Shown here piece after piece: positions 62,828 through 64,000 of a stretch of 64,000 nt of DNA. Location of the stretch: assembly GCA_050949525.1 (NCBI GenBank), contig JBMNFW010000001.1, forward strand, positions 527,890 to 591,889, given 5' to 3'. The first letter of the stretch is position 1, and the number at the start of each line of letters is the position of its first letter. Source of the stretch: Patescibacteria group bacterium (GTDB lineage: Bacteria; Patescibacteriota; Patescibacteriia; Patescibacteriales; UBA12465). A model generated the notes under the pieces. It was not told where the DNA came from and did no database searches. It saw only the letters and a list, made by a program, of their open reading frames with translations. Position numbers and translations under genes: made by a program.

Positions 62828-63695
62828 GACTTCGTTTCTTAAATATAAACATGGAAAAGAAAATAGCCAAAGCTTTACCAAGCGGCCAAAAAAATTTAAG
62901 AACATAGTACTGCCAAGCAGCTTCCCATTTCTTAAAATATTTTAACATTGATTCAGAAAAATATTTTTGAGCTCGACCTCTTTTTAATAAAGAAAAACTT
63001 TGGCCAACATAATCTAAACAAAAAACCTGAGGATTATACCAAACCTCTCCTTTTAGTTTATACACTTGACGACAAAAATCAACCTCCTCAAACCATAAAA
63101 AATATCGTTCATCCAAAAGAGCTGTAGGCTCGGAGCTAATTTTCTGCCAAGACAACTTATTAATCATAAAAAAAGATCCTCGAACTGAGTCAACCGCCTG
63201 AGCTCGATTATAATCAAAATCAGTATATAAATAAGATTTGAGTAAATTAGGAAACAGATGAGGTAATTTTAAAATAATAGCTAACTGATCCCAAAACTTA
63301 GGAAAACGTCGCACATGTTTAATTAATTTTTTATCAGCATTCAATAAAGCGCCAGAAGAAACTACTGCTTGAGGATTTTGTTTAGCAAAAGCTAAAGCAT
63401 CTCTTAAAGTTTCGGAAAAAACTTGCATATCAGGATTTAGAAGTAATATAAAGTCTCCTTGGGATTTTTTAATGGCAATATTACTAGCTCGAGCAAAACC
63501 TAAATTTTCTTCATTCCTTATTAATTTAACCTCAGGAAATAATTCGGCTACCATATCGGCCGATCCATCAATAGAGGCATTATCAACAACAAAAATCTCC
63601 CGCGAAAAAGATCCTAAAGAATTAAAAAGAGCTTCTAAATTTAAACGAAGCTTATCTTTAACATTATAAGAAACTATAACAATTGATAAATCCAT
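62820..63695 (-). CDS. Glycosyltransferase family 2
   Basis: 291 aa. LSIVIVSYNV, VVDNASIDGS, LLLNPDM and LWFEEVDFC motifs. Confidence 0.85.
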   Translation of the reverse strand: MDLSIVIVSYNVKDKLRLNLEALFNSLGSFSREIFVVDNASIDGSADMVAELFPEVKLIRNEENLGFARASNIAIKKSQGDFILLLNPDMQVFSETLRDALAFAKQNPQAVVSSGALLNADKKLIKHVRRFPKFWDQLAIILKLPHLFPNLLKSYLYTDFDYNRAQAVDSVRGSFFMINKLSWQKISSEPTALLDERYFLWFEEVDFCRQVYKLKGEVWYNPQVFCLDYVGQSFSLLKRGRAQKYFSESMLKYFKKWEAAWQYYVLKFFWPLGKALAIFFSMFIFKKRSHE

Positions 63696-63701
63696 AAAAC
63701 A

Positions 63702-63998
63702 TTAAAACTTTAACTTAACTAACTTCAAACGATCAGAACTCCCACTAATAATTTTAGCTTCAGCTCCAAATTCTTTTTTTAAAAATTTAAGCAAATCCTT
63801 ATTAGCCTTACCTTTATCAGCCGGAGCTTTTATTTTAACACTCAAAACCTCAGTTTCTCGACCTGAAATATTAGCCAATTCTAAATTTTTAAACGCAGTA
63901 ATATCACTCCCAGGAAAAACTTTACAAAGTAAATACAATTCCCCCTTATCTCTTAACTTTTTTTGATAATCACTAATCATAAGTAAAAAGAATAGCAT
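63702..63998 (-). CDS. DUF167 (YggU-like) family protein
   Basis: 98 aa. VKIKAPADKGKANKDLLKFLKKEFG...I.SG..SR.K.V is the DUF167 pattern. An alternative ATG at 63980 is possible. Confidence 0.65.
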   Translation of the reverse strand: MLFFLLMISDYQKKLRDKGELYLLCKVFPGSDITAFKNLELANISGRETEVLSVKIKAPADKGKANKDLLKFLKKEFGAEAKIISGSSDRLKLVKLKF

Positions 63999-64000
63999 TC

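Noticed and set aside
1-64000. CRISPR arrays, alternative genetic code (UGA recoding as in some CPR lineages), prophage or integrase genes
   Set aside because: No regularly spaced short repeats were seen. Conserved genes (gyrB, eno, pgk, murA, rny, cysS) are full-length under code 11 with normal stops. The only recombinase-type gene is the IS transposase.

Overview
Low-GC, tightly packed bacterial chromosome segment, about 85% of it coded on the minus strand. By eye it looks like a Candidate Phyla Radiation / Patescibacteria genome. This is an inference from DUF4012 and T4SS-pilin-like (PF18895-type) proteins, short type IV pilins, many membrane-anchored orphan proteins and several visibly degenerate enzymes; no search was run. 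Standard code 11 fits all conserved genes. Housekeeping content: rpsB (partial), dus-cysS-tgt, rpmG (missing from the ORF track), mutM, tpiA, gyrB, pgk-eno, rny, two HU genes, murA, galU, rubrerythrin, dCMP deaminase, a beta-CASP RNase, and six tRNA genes (Trp, Tyr, Thr, and an Arg-Met-Lys operon). Envelope and accessory content: two lectin-like (Fibrobacter-paralogous-domain) secreted proteins, a 998-aa S-layer-like protein next to an ECF sigma factor, two type IV pilins, two T4SS-pilin-like proteins, an SPFH operon, three GT2 and one GT1 glycosyltransferases, and one IS481-like insertion sequence. I found no CRISPR array, reverse transcriptase, integrase or recognisable defence system. The observations most worth a second look are: (1) a 1246-aa orphan gene bracketed by short direct repeats derived from the 3' end and flank of the adjacent tRNA-Trp, with an extra tRNA 3'-half remnant; (2) an 813-bp, ~99.4% identical repeat forming the shared 5' module of the two lectin-like genes 18.6 kb apart; (3) a 440-bp structured non-coding spacer upstream of the S-layer-like gene with mutually exclusive helices; (4) a half-size, active-site-less iPGM relic and an HtrA-like protein lacking the triad in the pgk-eno operon, plus a Tgt lacking all four zinc ligands; (5) a perfect 151-bp tandem duplication of a gene 3' end; (6) an HNH gene starting 2 nt after a tRNA-Thr CCA end. 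All functional calls come from motif recognition by eye.
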